64,000 nucleotides of DNA, from assembly GCA_964016885.1 (NCBI GenBank), contig OZ024740.1, positions 382,354,001 through 382,418,000 on the forward strand, given 5' to 3'. Position numbers and translations under genes: made by a program. Under the pieces are notes generated by a model. The model was given only the letters and a program-made list of their open reading frames with translations. It was not told the origin of the DNA and ran no database searches. The DNA comes from Eledone cirrhosa (lineage: Eukaryota). Positions 14,565-28,267 of this stretch are shown here, piece after piece; position 1 is the stretch's first letter; the number at the start of each line of letters is the position of its first letter.

Positions 14565-17500
14565 TATAAAATATAAATGGCGTAGGCATTACAATACATA
14601 CAATACAGTAGGGGGAAACATGATAGTAGTACCACTGATGATGTTGCAGATGTGCAACGAAAGGATTTTGTTAGACAATATATATGTATTTATATCTGTA
14701 TTTTTGACCGTTGGTCAGTCAGTGATAAACATTGATGGGCAAATGAATTAACTATGGAGATATAAAAGATGCAGAAGCGAAAACCAACCAAACAATGAGT
14801 GTGTTCTGTTATTATTTCTGGCAACATTATTACAATAATATGACCCTCCCCAAGTATAACAATATATATATATATGGTCTTCTAAATGTTTTTAATAAAA
14901 CATACGGTATATTGCCAACTATAACTATACTATACATACATTTATATATATATATATATATAACGAACGAATAGTATGCAATAACATAAAATGTAATTAG
15001 TTTCACGTTTGGTGAGTTACATAATCAACGTAGAGGAGACCCACGCGCAGTGCGAGTTTGTGTGTAGGTGCGGTGCACAATTTGGTGCATTTGCGTGAGT
15101 GTGTGTGTGTTAAATTTGTTGTTGGTGGAGGTGTCTGTTCGTACATATGTGTGAGCGTGTGTATACTAATATGTGTTTGGCAGAGATGTGTGGTTGTTGG
15201 TGTCTATTGTATGGTTGCATGTTTAGGTGTATACATGTGATGCGTCCATTTGCGTGTGAGTCTGTGTGTGCGTGTATTGGCATGTGTTGTGTTGTTGCAT
15301 GCATAGGTGTGTGAATGCGCGTATTCTCTGTGGTGGGTAACATCCAGAAGCGCGAAAGTCATGAAGGCCGAGTTGAATGGAGTAGATGATTCCGCGTAGA
15401 AAGGCACAGGTCTACGGAAATTGGATAGAGGCAGGAATTGTGGGTAGTTGCAGGGAGTGTGTGGATGCGTGTGTGTGTTTATGAGACGATGGTGGCAGAG
15501 TTCTAAGAAAGAACTAGGTGTTGTAAGTGTGTTATATGCTCAACGGTCAGAAAAAATGTAGGGGACAGAGGTGTAAGGCGAAAGTATGTGTGAACGCTGT
15601 GTGGGGTGGGGAGGCAAAGCTGGTGGTGGTGATTAAAATGGAATAGAGAAATGAAGGGGGTAGTGTAAGGAGTGCGATATGTAGGGGAGATGGTATATAT
15701 ATATATATATATATATATGACTGTGTGTGTCATTACACTTAATCAGAAGTATTCATTCACATGAAATATGTTTTCGAGCATACGCGCGTATTAGGGTAAC
15801 TTCCCTTCCCACTTTCTCATTACAGGAAATGGCTTGACTATCTACTGGGAGGACTAATGCAATTTCAATGAGATTTCAAAGTTTGAATTCTTATAGCGAT
15901 GTGGTACGGTGGGACGTCGTGTAGTACTGAATAAATAAGACAAATCTCTATTCATAAATCCCACACAATGACTATACCAAGATGTTTTAATGTTGAGGGC
16001 CTTCTATACAACATCACTTGAATCTCTTAGGACCATTTTGACTGGAAAATACATAATGTGAAATGATGGCAACCGAACATTTGTACCAGATCTGAGTGTC
16101 TTGCAATATTTGTCATCATCGTATGATGTGGCAGTATTATATTAGTCAACGTTGTAGTTGTTTATTTAAAATATATGATGTTGCTGAATCGTTTATAAAG
16201 TATGGAATTACGCTTAAAAAGCCCATATCATTTTTCAATGATTATAGTGTCTGTTAATGGTGGTGGTCATGAGTGAGCACTGTAACCATAGGCGTTATTT
16301 TATTCCCTGATATTTTTGAATTTGATAACTTATCAAATGGGTCATTTTAGTGGTTGAAGTTGTTTTGCAGTTGTCGGCGTGGTGAAAGAATATATTTGAC
16401 AGTGATATTTACGGACACTTTCATCATCTTGGTTATCATTGCGGCGATTACTCTCATTGTTTAATCCCAGTTAAGATCTGAATGTGAAAGCATTTGATTA
16501 AAGTTGTTTCAGTCGTGACTATCGTCTCTTCATTTTAAGTAGTGTCCCTAGGACTATATTATCCAAAGTTTCCTTTTTAAAATGGGAGGGCGTGGATTGA
16601 AGAGTATCTGGTTGTTGTTTCTGGCATACTGCCTTAGAGGGTCTCTCGTTTGGTTATGATTTTATATAATAGTTATTGTCGCTATTTAAGCTTAAATTTG
16701 ATCGAACACAACGGTAATCAATACATTTCCATAGGTTATCATCCTGTTTTTCTTGGAATGTGTGTATATTCAAATGAATTGGTATTTGACGATCATGAGG
16801 TGTCATTTAAAGGAACACGGCTGTTATACTTAGCAGATAGAGAGACACCACAGCTGTTCTCTTGCGCTTGTAGTTATTATCAGTAATCTTGGGAGCATTT
16901 ACTGTGGCATACCTTTCAGTGATGACGGAGTTGGAGGTCATAATAGTTAACTGTAGTTTATCGTTTGTAGCTGTACGTATTGTGGAACTTCATCGTCATC
17001 ATCAGTTAATGTACGTTTTCCGTACTAGCAAGATTTAGCTGGTTCACCATAGATGATATTAGTATTTAATCAGAGTCAGAGATCTCTCAGATGGGTAGGG
17101 TTCTAAACGCACATACCTATGCTCCTCCATTCCATAATGCGCCGTGCATATTATAATGGCACCAGTATTGACTAAACTGAAGAGCCCCTTCTACCATATT
17201 GTGTGATAATATAGAAGAGAGGACGGGGAAACAGATAGGGAGGAAGTTAAGTAAGATGTCATGTATGAGTGTCTATAGATAGTGTGATGAAAACAATATA
17301 ATGTGCGTTTTTCCTAAAACCTGCACTACTATTATACAGGGTGTATTCGGTACCTATTAACGTGGTACTAGCGCTAGAATGATTGTAGCATGTACCTTCC
17401 AATTGAAGGGCTTTATCCACCCCCTTTATTCTTTCATTTCGATCGCCCAAACTGAAAGATGCGGGCTTTCATCACGGTATTCTCATTCGCATTGATCTTA

Positions 17501-20500
17501 CTGCTGATCGGGTTTTTATATATTATGACATATCGCCAGCCAGCTCGGTCTTGTATCATCTCCTTCATGAGTGTCAGGTTTCTGGGGGCTATTATGGCTG
17601 ATATTCGGCAGTTGATTTTTTTTTCTTTTTACAGTAGAAGTGTCAGCTGCAGTAAGTCTTACGATTATTTATTTTTTTTACAATCGAAGGCATATAACAT
17701 ACGAGCTTACCGAATATGCCGCTGGTAGGTAATATCTCCAGAACGTGGAGTTTAATTTGTTTCCTCCCGCTAACGATTTGTTTGTAATTTATATATAGCT
17801 ATTCCTCTGTATACTCGGCCTTTTAATGGAATTGATCTAGTGATAAACTCATATAACTCGACATGTCCACCTCTTGCCTGCTTGTCTAGTATGTTTAGTA
17901 TGTACAAGAATGATTAGTATCCATACGATTGTATTTAACGTTTAAAAACAAATCGCTGTATATTAAATTTCATCATTAGAACAATTTTGTTAAAGTCATG
18001 AAATATGTTCATATATCATTAATAAGCATGCTTTGAATACATTAATTATATAGAGTATGGCGAGTTAAGGTAAGCAATATTCAAAATTATAATCGATTAC
18101 ATAGAAACAAAACACACTAGTATATAAGAAACGATTGATTTCCAGATTATACTTTAATTTCACCTACACGTAATTTGCAATTTACGTACCTAGTTTACCT
18201 GCCAGTTTAAATACTTCATTGATGCCAACTTTCATTCAATTTCTAGATTAATGAAATTAACACTAAAAACATTTAAAACTATTTTCGTGGGAAACGAATG
18301 TACTCATATAGGAAAATATAAATTGGGAGAATGTCAATGTAGTGAGAAACCGGCATGGTACAGTACATCATGCCTCATAATATTTAATTGTATGATACTC
18401 AGGTTTCAGTAAACATATACGTAACTTATCGTGATCTATGTCTTGTGGGAAGCCGCTGTATTTATGTAATGGTATATAGGTGCAGAGAATGTTGATGCAG
18501 TGACAAAATCGGCTCAGCAAAGCACCTCATGCCTTAAATTTCAGGAGGCTTTAGTAAAGGTTCCACGGGGTTTCATATCTATTTCTCATCAGTCTGGGCT
18601 CATTAAAATTAGTCTCATTAATCGATTCAGTTTACATTAAATTTCTCGCTACAAAATCAACCCGTGCCTTCTCATGTGATAACTAGTTTAAAGACGTGTA
18701 CAAGTCAGTGTACTCAATGTTGATTTTGTCTTTCATCCCATAGATGCATTAACGTTGGACGCAAGCATAACCGAGATGGTAAACAATTTACTTCGCAATC
18801 ATGTGTTGCCGTGTTCGATAGAGACCTAAGTCCTGTGAGAGAAATTTGCTAGATGGAATCTTTGTGGTAGCCCTTCAGATAAGTTCTTACTTGAAATACT
18901 TGTGAAATATCATGCCACATTGATTCAACCTGCGAATTACGTTTAAGATAAATGTGACAAGGGAATAAGTTCACGTTAAGATTTCAAGGAAGTAGTTCGT
19001 GTTATTGAACAACCGAACGTTCATAATTGAAACGGAAAAAGGCAAGGAACCACCACACTAAAACAAATACAATTGAGTAAATATCTATTCTCAAGTAACT
19101 TCTTTGGACACTAATGAAACATTTAATTGCTGATAGATACTATATTGCGCCGTACTGAATACTTTACAGTAGCTCGTTTCATTCCTCTATGTTCTAGGTA
19201 GAGGATTCTGATTCGATGTTTAGCTTAATTTTATTCATGTTCCTGAAACAAGCAACAGTAATATATATATGTTATCTAATATATTGTAAGTTATAAAACT
19301 TATATTATTGACCCTCAACGCTATATACAGTATTTTAAGTTATCCTTTTTACACTATTTATCCGTCCCTAATAGAAAATTATTCTAGTGCTTTGTCAATA
19401 GAAATCAATTATATTGTTGCGTAGATATGACCTAAGTGGTAAAGTCACTGAACTCGGTTATCATTAAAGGTTTTATGATAACAGACGTCAAAATTAATTG
19501 ATGGCCAGCAAACATAAATTCAATGAATGCCAAACAGCATACATCAGTTTATAGTAAACTTTATTCAACATTCTCTTAACAATGTTGCTAGAACAAAACA
19601 GCCATTTCCCAATTGTCTAACAGCACGAAGAAGCTGAAAGAGGATTAAGTTTGGTATATAGTTATTTATGCTGGAAAGCAGCTCGTTATATAATTTCTAT
19701 TCAGTTTTAACGACCTGTGTATCCTACTATACATCTTTCTATCAAATTCCTGTCTATCTATAAATGTAGTTATTTATTTATTTATTTATATTTACCGCTT
19801 CTCTCTCCTCCTCTGTCTCCATCTCTCTGCTCCCCCTCTCTCCACCCCTCTCCCTATATATATCTATATCTATTTATCTGTCTCACTATATGTTATATAT
19901 ACATGTGTGTGGGTGTGTGCGTGCGTGTATATATATATATATATATATATATAAAGAGAGAGAGAGAGAGAGAGAGATACATCGTGTGTATGCGTGAGGT
20001 TGTGTGCAAGTATGTTTTTTAAAGAAGAAAAAAATCAACACAATATAGTATGTGTAGTTGATATCGTTTTAATTCATTTGAGGAATCAATGTTGTGCATC
20101 CTCAACTGCTTTCTCACGTTCACTGATACATGTGAATGTGCAATGTATATAGGATATATGACTATCATTATCTTCCCAGCAAAATGTCTACATTTCGTTG
20201 AAATATTTATCTATTGTTTGACGACCATTTGTCTTCTGAATTGCAACATGTAACAGAAGAGGTGATTTAAGTACCACTTTAGATCTTTATTGAAATAACA
20301 TGGCTATAACTAAATCTGTTAAAAATAATAACTCTGAAAACGTTGAATTACTTCAAGTTGTTTGGATTAAAATAACAGAAAATAAACACGCACCCATTGG
20401 CATGTGGTTTGGTCTTCACATCTGTCTACAAGCTGGCTAATATATTCCATGAATTGTCTATATTAACAATCACACAATCTAAAAGAGCTTGTAATTTTTT

Positions 20501-21384
20501 CTGTGGAACATAAGAATAATAAAAAATTAAGTGATATATTCTTAGTGTATGTTTCTTTTTACAAAGTTTAAATGATTTAATGATATTACTTTATTACATT
20601 CTTACGTGTTCCAGCCGATAGGCTGAGGCCATGCTGGGGCACCTCCATTGCTGCTACATTTTTTACAGCCAGCTTTCCTTGGTTGCCCATTGACGTAAAG
20701 GTAGTTTGTTGCTACTATCTTCATTTCCGCTTTATCTCGTGCTCTGGTTCCATCCGGGATCTTGGTCGGCAGACTGTCGAGATATCACTTGCAAACATGT
20801 ACATGTACATCATGTAGATCTCACAGATTTTTTGGCAGCTTATTAAAGAGCTGGGGTCATTAGAACCCAAGGCTATTATAGTAAATGGTCCTTATTCTTG
20901 ATGCGACGAATGGGAGCATTCGCAATACATATGACGTCCGGTTCGTGAGCTGGTCCTGCCTTCACTGCCGAAGTTTGGTGCAAACCCTTTCAAGATATTC
21001 CAATATATCATTGCATATCTCTTCCATCTTCGCTTCAATTAATGGGAAGAAACTTTTAAACAGTACTTCTTATTCTTCGAAAGAGAACGTGTGTTATTCT
21101 TTTATATAATCTACTGCCGATCATCTACATGATTGTAGTAATCCTTACTGTACGCTTCGTCTTCACATAATGTACCTAGTGAAAACTGATTTATTTGAAA
21201 TCACCCATCTCTAAGCAACAAACAATCTTAATATATATTTGACAGCTCTTAATTTTTCATTGCTGGTAGAGTTTAATTGAAAACGTGTAACCTTGCACTA
21301 TTGACGCCTGCATTCTATACAACTTCAATGGCCTATGTTTCGTTCTGTTCTAGAGGAAATCATTTAACGAACCTAATATAATAT

Positions 21385-21568
21385 AGTTTCTACTTTTGGC
21401 ACACTGTCAGTAATTATCCAATACGTTACTTGTACTTTATTTTATCGACTCCGTAAGGATGAAAGGCAACGTTAACCTCGACAGGATTTGAACTCAGACC
21501 GTAATGGGATGTAACTATGCTAGAAAGCATGGCGTCCAACCCTTTACCGATACTGACAATTCACCGGC
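21385..21568 (-). mobile_element. tRNA-derived SINE with Meta-like central domain
   Basis: Reverse complement has B-box-like gagttcaaatcc followed by ttgcctttcatccttacggagtcgataaa; same family as 48735, 61450, 61785 and 62820. Confidence 0.75.
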
Positions 21569-23425
21569 CTAATATAATATTGAGAGTTGCATAGGAAAGT
21601 AAGTTCCCAGATTGTTTATAAACTACGTGATATATTAGACACTGACTAATTCAGTATACCTACAAATCAAGTAAATCTACATCAGTTGTAGGACCGATAT
21701 TTACTAGAAATTACAGTAGTATTTAGAGTCATTAGAATTTAAATTTAATAAATCATAATTCTTTGTTTATAAGATATGTTTAAGAGACTCGTTAATTCTA
21801 TGGATATATTGTCTTAATATCACAACACCATTTAGAAATGACAGACTTAAACTGCATATAAAACATCTGCTTGGTCTTGTTATGTCTTGCTCTCTACCAT
21901 GATTATACTATGTCTCTGTTTAGGGTGACTGTGTTTAAATTCACAAGATAGAACTCATGGACACATCACTGACTGTGAATATATAAGTACGGTAACAGCC
22001 AAGAACATCTGATAATATATCAGTCGAAAACGAAAGATTATAAGCCAATTATATGAATTATGTTTATAATCTCCTAGATATACTTATTTTGAATAGAAGA
22101 AAGCAACAAATAACCATTGATTATGACAAAATAAATGGCAATGTAGACATTTTTCTGACACTTCAGAAAAAATTTGTTTCAGTCTAATATGAGAAAAAAA
22201 ACATAAAAAAATTAAGAGAAACAAAATCTCAAAACTACTGTTGCATATTATTCAACAAATTAAATGAAAGTATTTCATTGATCTCTTTAACAAATTGAAA
22301 AAAGAAAGCGAGTTTAAGAAGCAATTAATGTTTGTATTGTGTTTTCCCTTTTTTAATCCGTTTATAAATCGGTAGCAATGTTTTGAACATATATTTTTAG
22401 TTTGAACTCAAAAGTCAAATTTGCACCACAATGAAAAAAAGGTCTATTTATTAGATCGTAAACAATTATTATTTTCCGAATGGAGATGATAAATAAAGAA
22501 GTGTAGATTTCATCTGATCACTATATCTTTCTCATAATTTAGGAAAGTGAGAACTTCTATAAGATTTAGAATAATAATTGGCCAGCTTAATAGTGTGTTT
22601 ATAGAGACACACGCACAGACCTTCCCCCAGACAAGAGTGGAAATTTATATTTCGTCAACCCGAACAGATACCATTCACTATTAGGAATAGCTTGACCTCA
22701 ACTTATAAAAAATCGATATTGAGAACTACTGCGCCTCGATTACCCAACCACTTCTTTCAGTCACTTTGGATTAGGCCAAAACAATTACACCCATTACAGA
22801 CCAGGAAACTGAAATCATATTCCACGCTACGTATTGCACTTCGAAAAGTCCACTTTGATAAAAAGAGCTCCAGACTCTCCTTTTGACGTCAGTATGGATC
22901 CGACTAACTCGGCTGAGGTCACCGAACTTAAAGTACAATACATACTCCAAAAACTCGTTGAAAAATTACACATTAGAAATAATTGTTTAGGATAACAAAA
23001 ATCTCTCTGAATAGCGCCTTTGCGTGCCTGAATGGCTTGGCATTTCTCTTCCGTTTTGTATTTCGGTCTGTCTCGACGCCCGCCATCAAGAGCTATATGC
23101 ATGATATTTAGCAGGACTAAACGAGCAATTTGATGTCAGGTAAGCCCCTCCCCCAGATCACTGACCACTCCCGGAGAAAAATAAAAAAACCAACAAACTT
23201 TTAAAGATTTGTTTGCCTTTTCGCTATGATTACATGCCCATATATGCCTTGGTAATTTCAGCTAGATTCCCACCATTCTAATACTGATGGGTTAGTTCGG
23301 ATCTAGCTGTCGAAACGGTTGGAGCTCAGATGTCAGTGTCTTGAATATTTTCATATATATATATATATATCTCGTACTTTTGTAATAAGGCGGTAAATGA
23401 AATTTTAAAATTTAATTGAATTAGA

Positions 23426-23455
23426 GTGTTCGACTAAAGAAAATTTTTTTTTAAC

Positions 23456-23513
<58 letters not shown>

Positions 23514-23543
23514 GTTAAAAAAACATTTTCTTTAGTCGAACAC
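23426..23543. repeat. ~35 bp inverted repeat centred on a (TA)n tract
   Basis: gtgttcgactaaagaaaattttttttt-aacaagg (TA)n ccttgttaaaaaaacattttctttagtcgaacac. Confidence 0.9.
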
Positions 23544-23894
23544 ACATATATATATATATATATATATCCTGAATATTTTCATATATTCATATATATATAT
23601 ATATATATATAGATATATAGATATATATAACGGAAAAAATGAAACGAAATTTCATTTCCCACTCTTAGTACGGCTGTTACTTAAATATAAGCATGTACAC
23701 GTACATACATATATGTATACAGACGTACAGTAGTATGTATATATATATATACATACATGCAAACATATATATATGTACGTATGGATTCACCGAACACTTA
23801 CTATAATGATCGGTGTGTTTGTAAACAAACATCCCGTATTAAGCCGTAGTGTCCAGCAACCATCGTTGCTCGTTTGTTCAACACTGACAAAGGA

Positions 23895-23937
23895 ACGCTG
23901 TACTAGTTTCAAGCTTATTAGCTATCATCAGCAACAT
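23895..23937 (-). ncRNA. Minimal type I hammerhead ribozyme motif
   Basis: rc: atgttg CTGATGA t-agct-aata-agct-t GAAA ctag TA cagcgt. Stem I atgttg/cagcgt; palindromic stem III remnant. Confidence 0.75.
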
Positions 23938-23987
23938 ATACCTTCCTGCCAGATTGTTGAACGTTCAACAAACTGGCAGGAAGCTAT

Positions 23988-24030
23988 ATATTGCTGATGA
24001 TAGCTAATAAGCTTGAAACTAGTACAGCGA
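23988..24030 (+). ncRNA. Minimal type I hammerhead ribozyme motif (mirror copy)
   Basis: atattg CTGATGA tagctaataagctt GAAA ctag TA cagcga; stem I weaker than in the other arm. Confidence 0.7.
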
Positions 24031-24233
24031 TCCTTTGTCAGTGTTGAACAAACGAGCAACGATGGTTGCTGGACACTACGGCTTAATACGGGATGTTTGT
24101 TTACAAAGACACCGAGCATTATAATAAGTGTTCGGTGAATCCATACGTACATATATATATGTGTGCATGTATGTATATATATATATACATACTACTGTAC
24201 GTCTGTATACATGTATGTATGTACGTGAACATG

Positions 24234-24591
<358 letters not shown>

Positions 24592-24683
24592 ACGAAGGAA
24601 ATGTGGTAAGGAACCAGGTGGACCATAACGCACCAAAGTACTCAATACTTGAGGTAGTAGAGTGGGTAATAGGAACCAGTAAG

Positions 24684-24777
24684 ACCCCGACAGCTGAGCT
24701 CAAGCCGTTTCGACGGCTAATTCTGGACTAAATGAAAATTTATCCTGGTATTTAAATAGCCGATCTTCTCAAGGGGT
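24684..24777 (-). ncRNA. Type I hammerhead ribozyme, U3-A8 core variant (inverted copy)
   Basis: Reverse complement of 26480-26573 with one substitution in the stem II extension. Confidence 0.72.
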
Positions 24778-26479
24778 AATTCCATATATGGTCAAAGTGA
24801 TTGTCAAAAATCAGTAGTAATTCTGTGGTTGCAAATTAGTAGGGGAGATGGTGGCTAAACCTGCCAGTAGGAGAAAGAGGGGAGGGTGTGGAGTAGACCC
24901 AATCAAGCGTTGGTAGTGCTAGCTACAGCTGGGCATGAGGTCAAAGAAGATACAGGGGAGGGGGAGGGGGAGGAAGTCGGAACGGTAGGTAGAACAATGG
25001 GGGGTAGAAATATATAGGAAAGAAAAAATACTGAGAGTGAAGAAAAGCAAATAAGTGTAAAGGAAAAAGTAAAGTAAATTAAATTCGACGACCTAGGTCT
25101 CTAGCTATTGTTAGGCTAGAATAAATAAATAAATAAAGAAAGAAAGAAGTAAAGAAAGAAATAAAGAATTAAAGAAATAAGTAAAAGAACTAGGTGGGAC
25201 GGAATAGGCAAGGACCCTTTTAAGAGGTATAAGTACGTAAATGATACGGTGACGGGTCAACAAAAGGGGCCAAAATACTAAAGAGACTACCACGAAATAA
25301 ACAATAAAGGTTTCCATCCCGGGCACAATGCCAGCAACCACCCAGTGCAGCAAAGTGAACTTGTACGAGATAATAATTCTGAGTCCCGAGAAAAATATAT
25401 ACTAATGCTAACTCTAAAAGATCTAAAACAAGCTACATGAAAGTTCGTACGAAGTAAAGGTAGAATACGGAAAAATAAATTCAGAATCCACCCCGCCCAA
25501 AAGAAAAGCGAAGAAAGAAATACTGAAACGAAAAAATAAGGCATAAGTGTTACTAAGAAATATAGAGGGCACAGAGAATAGTGGGAGCGGTGGGAAAAAG
25601 GGGACAAGTATCCGGGGTCTAAACCAACTGCTAAAAAGGGCGGAGTCCGCCAAATCTATCATATAGGAAACTTTACAAATGCTGTTTTCGACGGACCAAC
25701 TCCTAAACAAGAAAGATCAACTGGTTACTGCATGTAAACATAGATTGCGTAGGACTTACCTTGCCCTCAAACCCCATGATGACCCGGGGGGGGGGGGGGG
25801 GTAGACTAGGACTATAACACCCCACTTGCCGATTTTGCAATGGGTAACCCCTGCTTGCCAAGGGAGACGTAAGATCTTCTTTGTATTCTTTTATCGCTTC
25901 CTTTATTTCCTTCCCCCCTCTCTCCTTAGTCCTTCTACCCCAGCTCTTCTCCTTTGTCGGCGTCTTTTCTCGCCCACCCGAGGCTGCCCTTTGGCCCCTT
26001 GTAGCCTTAGTACCCCCACCCCCTCCCCTAGTCTATGATAGATTTGGCGGACTCGGCCCTTTATAGCAGTTGGTTTAGACCCCGGATACTTGTCCCCTTT
26101 TTCCCACCGCTCCCACTATTCTCTGTGCCCTCTATATTTCTTAGTGGCACTTATGCCTTATTTTTTCGTTTCAGTATTTCTTTCTTACTTTTTCCTTTAC
26201 ACTTATTTGCTTTTCTTCACTCTCAGTATTTTTTCTTTCCTATATATTTCTACCCCCCATTGTTCTACCTACCGTTCCGACTTCCTCCCCCTCCCTCTCC
26301 CCTGTATCTTCTTTGACCTCATGCCCAGCTGTAGCTGGCACTACCAACGCTTGATTGGGTCTACTCCACCCCCTCCCCTCTTTCTTCTACTGGCAGGTTT
26401 AGCCACCATCTCCCCTACTAATTTGCAACCACAGAATTACTACTGATTTTTGACAATCACTTTGACCATATATGGAATT

Positions 26480-26573
26480 ACCCCTTGAGAAGATCGGCTA
26501 TTTAAATACCTGGATAAATTTTCATTTAGTCCAGAATTAGCCGTCGAAACGGCTTGAGCTCAGCTGTCGGGGT
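26480..26573 (+). ncRNA. Type I hammerhead ribozyme, U3-A8 core variant
   Basis: acccc TTGAGAA ga(t)cggcta...tagccgtc GAAA cggc-ttgagctca-gctg TC ggggt: stems I, II and III all pair; predicted cleavage after GUC at 26568. Confidence 0.75.
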
Positions 26574-26596
26574 CTTACTGGTTCCTATATATATAT

Positions 26597-26759
<163 letters not shown>

Positions 26760-26869
26760 TATGAATATATGAAAATATTCAGGATATTGACGTCTGCGTT
26801 GTTTCCGCCGTTTCGGCCGTTAGATCCGAACTAAACCATCAATATTAGAATGGCGGGAATCTAGTGAAG

Positions 26870-27096
26870 GTGTGTGGCTCAGTGGTTAGAGAATTGGATT
26901 CACAATCTTGAGGTTGTGAGTTCAATTCCTGGACCGGGCGATGCGTTGTGTCCTTGAGCATGACACTTTATTTCACGATGGTCCGTCTACCTGGATTTGC
27001 GACCGATAGATAGTACTAGCAACTGGGATAGATGGTACTAGCAACTGGAAAGCCGAACGGAAACATTGTTTCCTCGGTCCAATTTGATGAAAGTCG

Positions 27097-27100
<4 letters not shown>
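26870..27100 (+). mobile_element. tRNA-derived SINE
   Basis: A-box tggctcagtgg, B-box gagttcaattcc, then gttgtgtccttgagcatgacactttatttcac; ends at (TA)n. Confidence 0.75.
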
Positions 27101-27159
<59 letters not shown>

Positions 27160-28055
27160 GTTCAAGGAGACAACAAACAGAGGTACAAAACATCTTATTA
27201 GTTTCTCGCTTTATATGGAAAAGGGAAAAGAAATTTCGACGTGTCTGGCTGGCGCCGTGTGTGTATGTATGTGTGACTGTGTATATATTCAAATGTTTAT
27301 ATATATATAGGCACTGGCATGTGTAACATTAAGGGCTCCGCTTTGAAACTATGTTTGTGCGTTTAATGTAACTGCGTAACCCCTGCATCAGTTTCTTACT
27401 ATAAAATCATGTTGACCTATACATAGAGAGGAAAATTTGGTAGACAGAACTGTAAAATTCTGTTGAATATATGTGCGTGCTTGTATGTGAGTCTTTCTAT
27501 CTGTGAAATTGCTATTGATTTCTTCATTCTGTGAATGTTTACTTATTAAAGTACAGAAACTTATAAAACACGCACATATACATGTATACATAGAGAGAGA
27601 TTGGGGTAAGAGGTAATACGTTAACTCTTAAGAGATGTAGACAAATATATAGTGAATGTAGATTGTCATGAAATTAAAGAATAATTATATATACAAATTG
27701 ATCTTGTTTTGTATGGAGATTATGTCAAGATATTGGTATGGGTTTTTCAAACACCTGCATATATGCAGAAGTATATGAACATATGACTTCCAGATTAGTG
27801 ATGTACTTAAGTGTAGTACTTGAGTCACTATGGAACGTTAGTTTCAATATAAGGAATCACATTGTCGGCAAAGTAACTGATGCCTGCTGCATTTATATAC
27901 ATATTCAAAGACATTTAAGAGTTCAAATAAATACTTTCTGAGGATGGTGTTTGTGAATGTCCACATATATATGTACATATAATTGTGATGTGTATATATA
28001 TGTAATGCATTCATAAGCATAAACATATACATACAAATGTAATAGACACACACAA

Positions 28056-28107
<52 letters not shown>

Positions 28108-28159
28108 ATATATATATACTTATATACATATATATATATACACATTTATATATACATGA

Positions 28160-28247
<88 letters not shown>

Positions 28248-28267
28248 GTATATATATATATACATAG

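Larger units (their letters stand above)
23628..24240. mobile_element. Fold-back non-coding element with a hammerhead motif on each arm, embedded in (TA)n
   Basis: Arms 23685-23962 and 23963-24240 are near-perfect reverse complements with a loop-less centre (tgttgaac|gttcaaca). The left side has ~55 bp extra. Confidence 0.85.

Noticed and set aside
23685-24240. Palindromes as MITEs, pre-miRNAs or assembly artefacts
   Set aside because: Arms carry several substitutions (not read chimeras), are much longer than pre-miRNAs, and contain outward-facing HHR motifs typical of PLE 3' ends rather than transposase TIRs. A MITE origin is not fully excluded because a TA TSD would be invisible here.
26870-26940. 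tRNA gene
   Set aside because: Has A and B boxes but continues into a SINE body; no convincing acceptor stem.
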